A stretch of 64,000 nt of DNA from Eubacteriales bacterium (lineage in GTDB: Bacteria; Bacillota; Clostridia; Oscillospirales; CAG-272): the NCBI GenBank assembly GCA_045661325.1, contig JAZRFK010000066.1, forward strand, positions 6,484 to 70,483, in the 5' to 3' direction. The stretch's first letter is position 1. Every line of letters starts with the position of its first letter. Of this stretch, positions 8,874 to 20,084 are shown one piece after another. The translations under genes were made by a program, and so were the position numbers. Below the pieces are notes generated by a model. That model worked only from the letters and a program-made list of their open reading frames with translations, was not told the origin of the DNA and did no database searches.

Positions 8874-9752
8874 TTATCTGTGCTTGGCGTGGAAGGACAC
8901 GGCAATGCCGTCAGGGCCGCTATGCGAGCCGAGGGTGGGGTTTACCACCTGCACCATAATGGGAAGAGATGCGCCAAAGCGCTCTCTTATCATCGAGGCA
9001 AGCTCTTCGATAATCTCGGGGTCTGCGCCCGTATGGCCGATGATAACACGGTGAGAGGTTACCTCGTCACCAATCTCCTCCATCATCGAAACCAGACGGG
9101 AGAGGGCGGCGTTTCTGCCTCTTGCCTTGGCAAAGGTTTCCATCTTGCCCGCAGCGCTCATATAGATAACGGGGCGAACGCCGAGAAGCGAGCCCATAAA
9201 GGCGGAAAGACCGCCAACGCGACCGCTTCTGTGGAAGAATTTGAGGTCATCGGCAAAGAGATACATCGCGTATTTGTCAACCTCGGTCTCGGCCCAAGCC
9301 AAAATTTCCTCAACCGTCTTGCCTGCCAAAAAGAGCTCGCCGATGGCAAGGGCGATATTCAGACTGTTTGTGGTGGCAGAGCGCGTGTCAATCATATGGC
9401 AAGCTCTGTCGGGATACCGCTCCTTCAAAATAGCGAGCGCCTTGTTCAAGTTCGAGAAGGTGGCAGACATAGCCTTGGAAAAATGCACGTAGAGAATATC
9501 GTCTCCCGCCGCAAAAACAGGCTCCAAATACTCTATGTATGCGTCAGCCGAAATGGCACTTGTGGTGGGGAGAGTGCCGCCGCGCAGGGTATCGTAAAAG
9601 GCCTTGTCGTCAAAGACGTAGCCCTCGTCCTTATAGGGATAAACCGTCTCACCGTCAACGCTGTACGGCATGCTGATAAGACCGCTATAACCGTATTCCT
9701 TGGCCAATTCGGGCGTAATGTCGCAGTCGGTATCTGTAAACAAACGAATCAT
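8874..9752 (-). CDS. DegV-family fatty-acid-binding protein (FakB-like)
   Basis: 292 aa with a MIRLFTDTDCDITPELAKEYG start; DegV length and N-terminal pattern; next to the DAK2 protein. Confidence 0.85.
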   Translation of the reverse strand: MIRLFTDTDCDITPELAKEYGYSGLISMPYSVDGETVYPYKDEGYVFDDKAFYDTLRGGTLPTTSAISADAYIEYLEPVFAAGDDILYVHFSKAMSATFSNLNKALAILKERYPDRACHMIDTRSATTNSLNIALAIGELFLAGKTVEEILAWAETEVDKYAMYLFADDLKFFHRSGRVGGLSAFMGSLLGVRPVIYMSAAGKMETFAKARGRNAALSRLVSMMEEIGDEVTSHRVIIGHTGADPEIIEELASMIRERFGASLPIMVQVVNPTLGSHSGPDGIAVSFHAKHR

Positions 9753-9820
9753 TTTTATGACATTCCTTTCTTTATCGGGGGCAAGCCGCGCTTTTGCGCG
9801 TTTGCCTTGTTTGTCTTGGA

Positions 9821-11479
9821 TTATTCAAAAACAACCATGTAATCGTAAACGGGCTGGCCGCCGTCAATATAAAAAATCTCGGCGCGCTTGTATTCCTGCT
9901 TCAAATCCGAGAAGAGTGCCTCGGCCTCGGCCTTGTCGGCGCCCTCGCCCGCAATGAGAATCAGAACGTCTCGCCGCTCTGCGTGTACCGCGCGGCAGAG
10001 AACGCGCACAGCCTCGGTGCTGCTTACCTCTTCGGCGTAAATATGCTTGCCAACGAAGCCGATATAGTGGCCGCTTTTGACCTCCATACCGTCAAAGTGA
10101 GCGTCCTTGCTGGCCTTGGCGACCGTTCCCGTCAGAACGCCCTCCATAGCAAACGCGAGCTCCTCTTCTACCGCATCGGCGTTCGGCAGGGTGGTGTCGA
10201 ACATAGAAAGGGCAGCATACCCCTCGCCGATGGTGTGGCTTTCTATTACGCGCACGTCGGCCTCGCTGTAAAGGCCTGCCGCCTGGCGCGCCGCTAAAAC
10301 AATGTTGCCGTTGTTGGGGAAAACGAAAATGTGGTCTGCGTCAATCTCGGCAAAGGCGTGCAAAAAGTCGTCTGCCGAGGGATTCATGCTTTGGCCACCG
10401 CCAACCACGGCGTCTGCCCCCAAATCCAAGAAGCATTGGCGCACGCCCTCGCCTGCGGCAACGGCAACGGCCGCGTATTTCTTGTGCGGCTTCGTGTGAA
10501 GGACGAGAGGGGCTTCCTCCTTTTCCTCCGTCTCGTTGTGTTGCAGGGTCATGTTTTCAATTTTCAAGGTGAGAAATTCACCAAAGCCCTGCGCGTAATT
10601 CAATACGTCACCCGGGGTCTTGGTGTGAATATGTAATTTTACAATGGTGTCCGTTTGGAAGCAGGCAATGGAGTCGCCCATTTTGCGAAGAGGCTCCAAG
10701 AACGCGTCCACCTTAAAGGCGTCAACGTCGCATTTTGCATCCTGCAAGCGAATCAGCACCTCGGTGCAGTAGCCGTAAAGCAGGGGCGTGTCTCTTTCAA
10801 AAAGAGAAAAATCCACGGCGGCGGCCGTTTTGCCTGCCGCATCGTCCGTCGGCCTATCAAAGAGAACACCGCCAAGCGCCTCGGCCATACCCTCCATAAT
10901 GTAAAGCAGACCCGCGCCGCCGCTGTCCACCACGCCCGATTCCTTCAAAACGGGCAAAAGCTCGGGTGTGCGCGCAAGAGAGCGGCGCAGCTCCGAGAGA
11001 AAAATGTCAAAATAGTCCTTGATAGAGAGCGCGCCCTGCCAAACGGCACCTGCCTTGGCGGCCGCGTCCTTAAATACGGTCAGAATGGTGCCCTCCACGG
11101 GGGTGTCCACCGCGCCGTAGGCAAACGCAACGCCCTTTTGCATTGCGCGGTTTAAGATGCCAACGTCAACCGTTTTTTCGCCCGCAAGTCCATCGGCAAT
11201 GCCTGCGAAAATCTGGGAAAGGATAACGCCCGAGTTTCCTCTTGCGCCTATCAGCATTCCCTTGGCAACGATAGCGGCAATCTCTGCCACGCTGTCACCC
11301 GTTAAGTCGGGGCGGCAGCCGCTTGCCAGCGTCATATACATATTGTCTCCCGTATCGCCGTCGGGAATGGGAAACACGTTCAAATCGTTGACCGCTTCCT
11401 TGTTTTTTCCGAGCTTGGAAAGCCCGCCGTAAAGCATGGAGACGAAAAGCTCCTCGTTTAATACCAAAGTTTCTTCCAT
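9821..11479 (-). CDS. DAK2-domain protein YloV / fatty acid kinase FakA-like
   Basis: MEETLVLNEELF..., then 'FPIPDGDTGDNMYMTL' (DAK2); 552 aa. ATG 11479 follows GAAGGAA. The track ORF to 11590 is over-extended. Confidence 0.85.
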   Translation of the reverse strand: MEETLVLNEELFVSMLYGGLSKLGKNKEAVNDLNVFPIPDGDTGDNMYMTLASGCRPDLTGDSVAEIAAIVAKGMLIGARGNSGVILSQIFAGIADGLAGEKTVDVGILNRAMQKGVAFAYGAVDTPVEGTILTVFKDAAAKAGAVWQGALSIKDYFDIFLSELRRSLARTPELLPVLKESGVVDSGGAGLLYIMEGMAEALGGVLFDRPTDDAAGKTAAAVDFSLFERDTPLLYGYCTEVLIRLQDAKCDVDAFKVDAFLEPLRKMGDSIACFQTDTIVKLHIHTKTPGDVLNYAQGFGEFLTLKIENMTLQHNETEEKEEAPLVLHTKPHKKYAAVAVAAGEGVRQCFLDLGADAVVGGGQSMNPSADDFLHAFAEIDADHIFVFPNNGNIVLAARQAAGLYSEADVRVIESHTIGEGYAALSMFDTTLPNADAVEEELAFAMEGVLTGTVAKASKDAHFDGMEVKSGHYIGFVGKHIYAEEVSSTEAVRVLCRAVHAERRDVLILIAGEGADKAEAEALFSDLKQEYKRAEIFYIDGGQPVYDYMVVFE

Positions 11480-11597
11480 GTTAATTCCTTCGTATCGTCC
11501 TTCGTTTTCCTTGCCGTCAATGCTCAAAATGCGCTTCATCAGAGACGGTTTGTGAAAAAGAGGCGCGCTCCTGCGCCCCGAAAAAAGCAAATGCGTC

Positions 11598-11627
11598 TTG
11601 ACTTTTTTCGCACACGTATATTATAAT
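11598..11627 (+). promoter_or_regulatory. Candidate promoter TTGACT-18-TATAAT
   Basis: TTGACT at 11598-11603 and TATAAT at 11622-11627. It would give a leader of about 165 nt to the TetR gene. Confidence 0.4.
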
Positions 11628-11727
11628 AGGAATGGTCTAAAAAATGAATGGGCAACTTTTTCGCATTATGTGGTATTTTACACAAAAAGTATAAAAAGTG
11701 TGGTAAAATAAAAGGGCACAAAAAGAA

Positions 11728-11762
11728 AAATATAGGAAAAAATGTCACTTTTTTCCATATTT
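11728..11762. promoter_or_regulatory. Large AT-rich palindrome, candidate TetR operator
   Basis: AAATATAGGAAAAAA-TGTCAC-TTTTTTCCATATTT, arms complementary except for one extra A, about 35 nt upstream of the TetR start. Confidence 0.3.
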
Positions 11763-11797
11763 AAGCCAAAAAGCCAAAAAGAAAAGGAGCTTTAGGT

Positions 11798-12376
11798 ATG
11801 CAAGAGAAAAAGGATAGGCGAACGGTCAAAACCAAGAAGGCCATTCACGTGGCCTTAGCCTCCTTAATGGCAGAGAGAAGCATTGACGATATTACCATCA
11901 GCGAGATAGCCAAGCGCGCAGATATTAACCGTAAGACCTTTTATAACTATTACGGCGGCATTCATATGCTTCTGGGCGAAATTGAAGAGAGCATTCTTGC
12001 GGATTTTCGGGAGGCGCTTTCCGAGGTGGATTTTTCGCATCCGCGCCAGCTGGCGCGCGATGCCTTTAACGGCTTGCACACGGTTTTGAGCAAAAACCTC
12101 AACTTTTACCGATTTTTTCTTTTGTCGGACAAAAACACCTATTTCAGCGCCCGTATATCCGCTTCGCTTTGCGCGATGATAAAAAATATATTGCAGAGTC
12201 ACACAAGCGTGGACGATGCCAAGGCAGAGGTTATCATTCAGTATACCCTTGCCGGCATTTTCGCGGGCTATCGCTTCTGGTTCTCCTCGGATAAGCGCAC
12301 CTCGTCAGAGTCGCTGTACGCCTTAATAGAGCAGCTTTGCTTTAACGGCACCAATTCCTTCTTTTCCGAGGTGTAA
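11798..12376 (+). CDS. TetR/AcrR-family transcriptional regulator
   Basis: N-terminal HTH 'ITISEIAKRADINRKTFYNYY'; 192 aa; RBS AAAGGAG. Confidence 0.85.
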   Translation: MQEKKDRRTVKTKKAIHVALASLMAERSIDDITISEIAKRADINRKTFYNYYGGIHMLLGEIEESILADFREALSEVDFSHPRQLARDAFNGLHTVLSKNLNFYRFFLLSDKNTYFSARISASLCAMIKNILQSHTSVDDAKAEVIIQYTLAGIFAGYRFWFSSDKRTSSESLYALIEQLCFNGTNSFFSEV

Positions 12377-12414
12377 AAGGGCAGTCTCTTTCTGCAAAAA
12401 AGAGGCGAAGCTTA

Positions 12415-12443
12415 TTGACTTTTCCTTTTTCGCTATGTATAAT
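12415..12443 (+). promoter_or_regulatory. Sigma-A promoter TTGACT-17-TGTATAAT
   Basis: TTGACT at 12415-12420, 17-nt spacer ending in TG, TATAAT at 12438-12443; upstream of the 615-aa ORF. Confidence 0.6.
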
Positions 12444-12527
12444 GAAATTAAACCTTACTCTTTTCGTCAGCCTTTTGCTTGGCATAAATAAAACGGGAGT
12501 CTTTCCGTTATCTTGGAGGTATAAACC

Positions 12528-14375
12528 GTGTTTACCGCTTGCTTGATTCTGGCGCTTTCTCTCTTTATAGGCTTCAGCACCTGCGCCTTCGTGTTATCCA
12601 AAATCCCCTACAAAAGCGGAAGGGTATTAAAGCCCTTTTACGTCTTTTTTGCGGCCGTTCTCCTTTCGGCTCTGGTGATGTTTTTGCCGATTTACAGGGA
12701 GATTTTTTCGGAGGGCGCCGTGCGTCCGCTTGAAATTGTCGCCATGTCCTTACATAACACCTTCCGCCTTTTCATTATGGACGGCGAGTTCAACATCGTC
12801 ACGGAGAATATGACGGGGCTTTCTGCTATCGGCACGGAGATTTACGCGGGCTTTTTCGCGGTGCTTTACGTTTTAGCTCCCATACTCACCTTCGGCGTTG
12901 TGCTTTCCTTTTTCAAAAGCGCCTCTGCCTATAAAAAATATTTCTTCTCCTTTTTCCGTGACGTGTACGTTTTCTCGGAGCTGAATGCCAAGTCTCTTGC
13001 CCTTGCCAAGAGCTTAAAGAAGCACGAGCCGCGCCGCGTTATCGTGTTTTGTGACGTTTTTGAGCAGAACGAGGAGGAGTCCTTCGAGCTGCTGGAAAAG
13101 GCCAAGGAGTTAGACGCCATTACCTTCAAAAAGGATATATCCACCATTGATTTCCGTATCCACTCCAAAAAGCGCCTGCTTGCCTTTTTGGCTATCGGCG
13201 AGGGGGATTCGGAGAACATCAAGCAGGCCATGGAGCTTGTGGAGCGCTACGGTGACAGGGAAAAGGCCGAGCTGTACGTCTTTTCCAGAACGGTGGGAAG
13301 CGAGCTGATGCTTTCCAAGGCCTCCGTCAGAAAAATCAAGGTGCGCCGCATCAATGACGCGCGCTCGCTCGTTCTGAATCTGCTCTATACGGGCGGTGAC
13401 AAAATCTTCAGCTCTGCCTTAACGGAGTATGAGGACGTCAAATATTTCCACAACTACAAGACGGGCAAGAAGGAGCCCAAGAAGTGCATCTCTGCCGTGG
13501 TTGTCGGTATGGGTCTTTACGGCCGAGAAATGATGAAGGGCCTTACCTGGTTCTCTCAGATGGAGGGGTACACCTTCCGCTTGCACGGCTTTGAAAAGGA
13601 CAAGACCGCAGGGGCGCGCTTCGCCTCCGAGTGTCCTGAGCTGATGGAGGAAAAGTACAACAAGCAGATGGATGACGTGAACGATGCCCAGTACGATATT
13701 ACCATTCATAGCGGCATCGAAATTCTGTCGGACGAATTCTTTAAGGAATTGAAGAGGATTAAGGACATCTCTTACGTCTTTATTTCCCTTGGTGACGATG
13801 ACACCAACATCCGCATTGCCGTTGCCGTGCGCGCCGCGCTTCGCCGTATGGCGATTGAGGAGGGCAGAGAGGATACGGCCATTGTGGAAACGGTTGTATA
13901 TGACGAGAACAAGAACAAATCCCTCAACGGCGTGTTCGACTTCTCGGAGAAAAGCACGTATGACATCAATTTTGTCGGCAGCCTGCCCGATTACTATTCC
14001 GAGGGTGTGCTTCTCAATTCCGAATTGGAGAAGAAGGCCTTGGAGCGCCACATGATGTGGGGCGGCGGCGAGGAGGCTATCCGCAAATTCTGGACGTACG
14101 AGTACAACTATCGCTCCTCTATGGCTTCGGTTATGCACCGCAAGCATAAGCTTTTGATTCCGATGATGCGGGAAATTATCGAAATTCCCAAGGAAAACAG
14201 AACGGAGGAGCAGGCCTACGTGCTTCGCACCGTGGAGCATCGGCGCTGGAACGCCTATATGCGAACGGAGGGCTGGAGCCGCGGCGACATACGCAACAAT
14301 TTGGCTAAGGTGCATCCTTGTCTGCGTCCCTTCAAGGAGCTGCCCTACGAGGAGCAAATAAAGGACGACGACTGA
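12528..14375 (+). CDS. Membrane protein with Rossmann-like modules and a C-terminal RyR (ryanodine-receptor repeat) domain
   Basis: GTG start after GGAGG. About 4 N-terminal TM helices, then 'AVVVGMGLYGREM' (GxGxxG-like). C-terminus 'HRRWNAYMRTEGWSRGDIRNNLAKVHPCLRPFKELPYEEQIKD' matches the bacterial RyR-domain pattern from memory. Confidence 0.6.
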   Translation: MFTACLILALSLFIGFSTCAFVLSKIPYKSGRVLKPFYVFFAAVLLSALVMFLPIYREIFSEGAVRPLEIVAMSLHNTFRLFIMDGEFNIVTENMTGLSAIGTEIYAGFFAVLYVLAPILTFGVVLSFFKSASAYKKYFFSFFRDVYVFSELNAKSLALAKSLKKHEPRRVIVFCDVFEQNEEESFELLEKAKELDAITFKKDISTIDFRIHSKKRLLAFLAIGEGDSENIKQAMELVERYGDREKAELYVFSRTVGSELMLSKASVRKIKVRRINDARSLVLNLLYTGGDKIFSSALTEYEDVKYFHNYKTGKKEPKKCISAVVVGMGLYGREMMKGLTWFSQMEGYTFRLHGFEKDKTAGARFASECPELMEEKYNKQMDDVNDAQYDITIHSGIEILSDEFFKELKRIKDISYVFISLGDDDTNIRIAVAVRAALRRMAIEEGREDTAIVETVVYDENKNKSLNGVFDFSEKSTYDINFVGSLPDYYSEGVLLNSELEKKALERHMMWGGGEEAIRKFWTYEYNYRSSMASVMHRKHKLLIPMMREIIEIPKENRTEEQAYVLRTVEHRRWNAYMRTEGWSRGDIRNNLAKVHPCLRPFKELPYEEQIKDDD

Positions 14376-14410
14376 TAACAAAGTAGTAATAAGCTGAAAG
14401 GAAAAACGCG

Positions 14411-16561
14411 ATGGAAAACCAACATATCATTCTGGAAAACAAGAGCTTTATTCTGACAGTAGGCAGTGATTGCATCGCCAAGAGCCTTATATGCAAGGCA
14501 ACGGGCGAGGAGTGCTTGGAGCAGGGGCGCGGTATTGCCCTCTTTTCCGTCACCCAGCCCCGCCCCTTCAACAACGAGGTGAAGCTGGCGCACCCCAACA
14601 AGAGAACCACCTTCCAGGGCAATCGCCTGAGAAGAGAGGGCGACAAGCTGATTGTCGGCTTTGAAATCACGCCCTTTGAGGCAGAGGTAACGGTGAAAAT
14701 CACCGAGACCTATATGGTCTTTACCCTCTCGGACTTTATCGTTGGCGAGAAGGATTACGAGGGGCTGATGATGGCGACGCCCCCCGTTGCCGAGTTCCGT
14801 CTTTTGCAGCTTCCCGTGCGAAACAGAGAGCATTTTGGTGAATGGCTCAACGTATCCTGGGACGACAAGACGGCTATCAACGTCCTTGCCAACAACCCCT
14901 ATCCCCGCATTGACTCCGAGCGTCGCGACGGCTACCGTCTGATGACGGCGGACGCGGTCAAGGGCATTCGCCTGAAGGGCTGTGAGGCCGCGCTTATCGT
15001 CAGCCCCACCGAGAAGCTTTTAGACGCCATTGACACCCTGGAGGAGGATTACGGGCTCCCCCATGGCGTCAAGAGCCGCAGAAGCGACAGCATCAACGTA
15101 TCTGCCCTTTGGTCGTCCAACGTGACTCCTAAAACGGTGGACACCTATATTGCCTACGCCAAGCAGGGCGGCTTCCGTCATATGCTGCTGTATTTCCCCT
15201 CCATCTTTAAAGCGTACGGGTATAGCTTTTGCGGCGACTACGATTTCCGCGACGAGTACCCGAATGGCGTTGCCGATCTGAAGGCGATGCTGGATAAAAT
15301 CAAGGCGGCGGGCATCACCCCCGGCATTCATTTCCTGCAAACCCATATCGGCGTTAAGAGCCGCTACGTGACCCCCTCGGTTGACCCCCGCGTGCGTAGA
15401 ACCCGTCTTTTCACTCTTGCCAAGAATGTAAGCGAGGAGGATACAGAGCTTTTCGTTCTGCAAAACCCCGAGGATACGGTGATGCACGAGAAGTGCCGTG
15501 TGCTGTGCTTTGACGGGGAGGCTATTCATTACGAGGGCTATACCACCGAGCCGCCCTATCGCTTCTACGGCTGTAAGCGCGGGCATTATGATACCACCGT
15601 TCTGCCCCATAAGGCAGGGACGGTCGGCGGCATTCTCGACGTCAGCGAATACGGCGCGACAAGCCTTTACATTGACCAGGACACCGACCTGCAGGACGAG
15701 GTGGCAGAGAAGCTTGCCGTTGCCTATAACGCGGGCTTTGCGTTCATCTATTTTGACGGCTCCGAGGGCACCAACGAGCCCTACGGCTTCCACGTGCCCA
15801 ACGCCCAGTACCGTGTTCTGAAGAAGTTAGATAGCGAGCCCCTCTTTACCGAGGGCGCCGCGAAGGCGCATTTCAGCTGGCACTTCCTTGGCGGCGGCAA
15901 CGCCTTTGATGTTTTCCCTGCCAACGTATTCAAGCAGAAAATCGCCGAGTTCCCTGCGGAAGAGGCGCCCCGTATGCGCGACGACTTTACCCGCCTGAAC
16001 TTTGGCTGGTGGGGCTATTTCAAGGACATCCAGCCCGATATGTACGAGTACGGCACCAGCCGCGCCGCCGCCTGGGATTGCCCCGTTACCCTCATCAGTA
16101 ATCTTGATAATATGGCATCCAACCCCCGTACCGCCGATAACCTTGAGGTTATCCGCCGTTGGGAGGAGGCGAGAAGAACGGGCTTCCTTACGGACGATAT
16201 GAAGGAAGCACTGAAAAACTTGGAGCAGGAGCACATTCTTCTTATCAACGAGGATGGGGAATTTGAGCTTGTGCCTTATAACGCCATCGCCGTAGGCGAC
16301 AGCAGCATCTCCGCCTTTGTCTTTGAAAGAAAAGAGAAGTGCTATGCGGTGCTGTGGCATAAAACGGGAGAGGGCAAGCTTTGCCTGCCTCTGTCCGCCG
16401 AGGGCCTTTGCTACGAAAGCGACCTTGGCCGCGCCGACCTTACCGTTACCAAAACGGAAAACGGCGTCCTTCTTGACGCTGCGGGTCGCCGCTATCTCTC
16501 GGGCGACTTCTCGAAGGAGGCGCTTGCCGCGGCCTTTGCCAAGGCAACCGTATCCGAATAA
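14411..16561 (+). CDS. Large cytoplasmic protein of unknown function, possibly a TIM-barrel glycoside-hydrolase-like fold
   Basis: 716-aa ORF with no TM helices or signal peptide. Segments 'GITPGIHFLQTHIG' and 'FIYFDGSEG' are only suggestive of a GH-like barrel. The coding call is strong; the function is weak. Confidence 0.4.
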   Translation: MENQHIILENKSFILTVGSDCIAKSLICKATGEECLEQGRGIALFSVTQPRPFNNEVKLAHPNKRTTFQGNRLRREGDKLIVGFEITPFEAEVTVKITETYMVFTLSDFIVGEKDYEGLMMATPPVAEFRLLQLPVRNREHFGEWLNVSWDDKTAINVLANNPYPRIDSERRDGYRLMTADAVKGIRLKGCEAALIVSPTEKLLDAIDTLEEDYGLPHGVKSRRSDSINVSALWSSNVTPKTVDTYIAYAKQGGFRHMLLYFPSIFKAYGYSFCGDYDFRDEYPNGVADLKAMLDKIKAAGITPGIHFLQTHIGVKSRYVTPSVDPRVRRTRLFTLAKNVSEEDTELFVLQNPEDTVMHEKCRVLCFDGEAIHYEGYTTEPPYRFYGCKRGHYDTTVLPHKAGTVGGILDVSEYGATSLYIDQDTDLQDEVAEKLAVAYNAGFAFIYFDGSEGTNEPYGFHVPNAQYRVLKKLDSEPLFTEGAAKAHFSWHFLGGGNAFDVFPANVFKQKIAEFPAEEAPRMRDDFTRLNFGWWGYFKDIQPDMYEYGTSRAAAWDCPVTLISNLDNMASNPRTADNLEVIRRWEEARRTGFLTDDMKEALKNLEQEHILLINEDGEFELVPYNAIAVGDSSISAFVFERKEKCYAVLWHKTGEGKLCLPLSAEGLCYESDLGRADLTVTKTENGVLLDAAGRRYLSGDFSKEALAAAFAKATVSE

Positions 16562-16570
16562 TTTGCCCAA

Positions 16571-16602
16571 AGGGGCCGCGACACCGTCGCGGCTCCTTTT
16601 TT
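16571..16602 (+). terminator. Intrinsic terminator
   Basis: AGGGGCCGCGAC-acc-GTCGCGGCTCCT followed by TTTTTT, 10 nt after the stop at 16561. Confidence 0.75.
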
Positions 16603-16641
16603 GCGATGAATAAAAAGCTTGCAAAAATTCGGCGAAAGGGA

Positions 16642-16670
16642 TTGCAATTTTCGCCATTTTGTGATACAAT
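16642..16670 (+). promoter_or_regulatory. Sigma-A promoter TTGCAA-17-TGaTACAAT for typA
   Basis: TTGCAA at 16642-16647, 17-nt spacer, TACAAT at 16665-16670 with an extended -10 TG. Confidence 0.6.
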
Positions 16671-16722
16671 AGCGAGGTTAAAGAAATCACAAGAAAAATC
16701 GTATTAAAAGAGGAAAAAAGCT

Positions 16723-18561
<1,839 letters not shown>

Positions 18562-18566
18562 GAGCT

Positions 18567-19049
18567 GTGGCGGCACTGTACGGCACCGTTCTTTGCGTTG
18601 GCTCCTTGAAGGAGGAGTATCTGGTAAAGGCGGTGGCAGAATACAAAAAGCGTATTTCTGCTTATATGCGCTTGGAGGAGATAGTCTTGAAGGAGGAAAA
18701 GCTTTCGGATGAGTCTCCTGCCTCCGTAGAGGCGGCTCTTGCCGCAGAGGGAGAACGGATTTTGGCACAGATTCCCAAGGACGCTTACGTTATTGCCCTG
18801 TGCGTTGAGGGAAAAGAAATGGATTCCGTTGCCTTGGCGGAAAAGATAGCCGAGGCGGGCAGGCTTTCGGGAAAAATCTTCTTTCTTATCGGCTCCTCCT
18901 ACGGCCTTGCGCCCAAGGTCAAGGCGCGCGCGGATTTTAAGCTCTCCGTCTCCAAGCTCACCTTTCCCCATCAGCTGATGCGGGTCATTTGGGGCGAGGC
19001 GCTTTATCGCTCCCTTACCATTCTGGCAGGGAAGAAGTACCACAAATAA
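18567..19049 (+). CDS. rlmH: 23S rRNA (pseudouridine1915-N3)-methyltransferase RlmH
   Basis: 160-aa SPOUT protein with 'EYKKRI' and 'FLIGSSYGL' motifs; GTG start. Confidence 0.88.
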   Translation: MAALYGTVLCVGSLKEEYLVKAVAEYKKRISAYMRLEEIVLKEEKLSDESPASVEAALAAEGERILAQIPKDAYVIALCVEGKEMDSVALAEKIAEAGRLSGKIFFLIGSSYGLAPKVKARADFKLSVSKLTFPHQLMRVIWGEALYRSLTILAGKKYHK

Positions 19050-19064
19050 ATTTTCTATTGTCTG

Positions 19065-19110
19065 AGAACAAAAGCACGAAACGGCAGTTTTGGTGCTTTT
19101 GTTCTTTTTT
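19065..19110 (+). terminator. Intrinsic terminator
   Basis: AGAACAAAAGCAC...GTGCTTTTGTTCT 13-bp stem followed by TTTTT. Confidence 0.75.
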
Positions 19111-19146
19111 ACGCCTCTTTATCCTGCATTTTGTTGCCTTGAAATA

Positions 19147-19175
19147 TTGACTTTGCTTTTGATTGGTGTTAAAAT
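19147..19175 (+). promoter_or_regulatory. Sigma-A promoter TTGACT-17-TGtTAAAAT for the metF operon
   Basis: TTGACT at 19147-19152 and TAAAAT at 19170-19175, with an extended -10 TG. Confidence 0.55.
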
Positions 19176-19223
19176 AAAATAAGTATAACCTTTTTTAGCA
19201 CTTGAAGCCGTGGAGGTGGGTAA

Positions 19224-20084
19224 ATGAAAATTATTGATATTATCAACGGAGCAAGGCCCAGCCTTTCCTTTGAGGTTTTTCCTCCTAAACCGGACGACGC
19301 CTTTGAGAGCGTTTTGGCGGCGGCCACCGAAATCGCGGCCCTGAAGCCCAGCTATATGAGCGTGACTTACGGCGCAGGCGGCGGTACCTCGCAGTACACC
19401 AAGGACGTTTGCACCGCTCTTTCCCGACACGGCGTTCCCTCCCTTGCACACCTGACCTGTTATTCCTCGGACAAGGCCCGCATCAAAGCGGAGCTTCAAA
19501 GCCTGCGGGAGAAGGGCATCGAGAACGTTCTGGCCCTACGGGGAGATAAGCCGCAGGGGTTTGACGAGAGTGCCGTTTCCTACCGACACGCCAGCGACTT
19601 GGCCGAGGAAATCCGCGCCTTTGGCGGCTTTTGCATTGGCGGCGCCTGCTATCCCGAGGGGCATCCTGAAAGCGAAAGCTTCAAGGCGGATATGGAGGGG
19701 CTTCGTCGCAAGGTGGCAAGCGGCTGTGAATTTCTCACCACCCAGATGTTTTGTGACAACGATATTCTCTATAATTTTCTCTATCATCTTTCCAAGGAGG
19801 GCATTGACGTGCCCGTGGTGGCAGGCATTATGCCCGTTACCAACGCCGCGCAAATCAAGCGCATCTGCGCCCTTTCCTCCTCGGCTATGCCCCGGCGCTT
19901 TATCCGTATCGTAGACAGATACGGCGACAATCCCCTTGCCATGAAGCAGGCGGGCATCGCCTTTGCCACCGAGCAGATTATAGACCTTTTTGCCAACGGC
20001 ATCAACGCCGTTCACGTCTACTCCATGAATAAGCCCGACGTGGCGGCGGCCATACAGAAAAACGTATCGGAGATAATCGCATGA
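19224..20084 (+). CDS. metF: Methylenetetrahydrofolate reductase
   Basis: 'SFEVFPPK' N-terminus, 'SVTYGAGG', 286 aa. Confidence 0.9.
   Translation: MKIIDIINGARPSLSFEVFPPKPDDAFESVLAAATEIAALKPSYMSVTYGAGGGTSQYTKDVCTALSRHGVPSLAHLTCYSSDKARIKAELQSLREKGIENVLALRGDKPQGFDESAVSYRHASDLAEEIRAFGGFCIGGACYPEGHPESESFKADMEGLRRKVASGCEFLTTQMFCDNDILYNFLYHLSKEGIDVPVVAGIMPVTNAAQIKRICALSSSAMPRRFIRIVDRYGDNPLAMKQAGIAFATEQIIDLFANGINAVHVYSMNKPDVAAAIQKNVSEIIA

Noticed and set aside
11555-11585. GC hairpin (GGCGC-gctcct-GCGCC) flanked by A/T runs in the fakA leader; considered as a terminator or attenuator.
   Set aside because: The stem is only 5 bp, and no upstream minus-strand gene needs termination here. The signal is too weak to call.
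9821-11590. N-terminal extensions in the ORF track: 9821..11590, 6396..6758, 36703..37440, 39237..40484, 44973..45452, 46765..48813, 48558..50096, 53929..54597, 59146..61320, 22987..23928, 3250..3981, 28307..29857, 25553..27529.
   Set aside because: The extended parts are Arg/Pro-rich junk overlapping the upstream gene or a terminator. Internal starts with SD sequences, or ATGA coupling, give proteins that begin at the recognisable family N-termini.
19111-19223. Looked for a SAM (S-box) or cobalamin riboswitch upstream of the metF/metH operon.
   Set aside because: Only about 45 nt lie between the predicted -10 element and the start codon, which is too short for either aptamer. No conserved S-box helices are visible.
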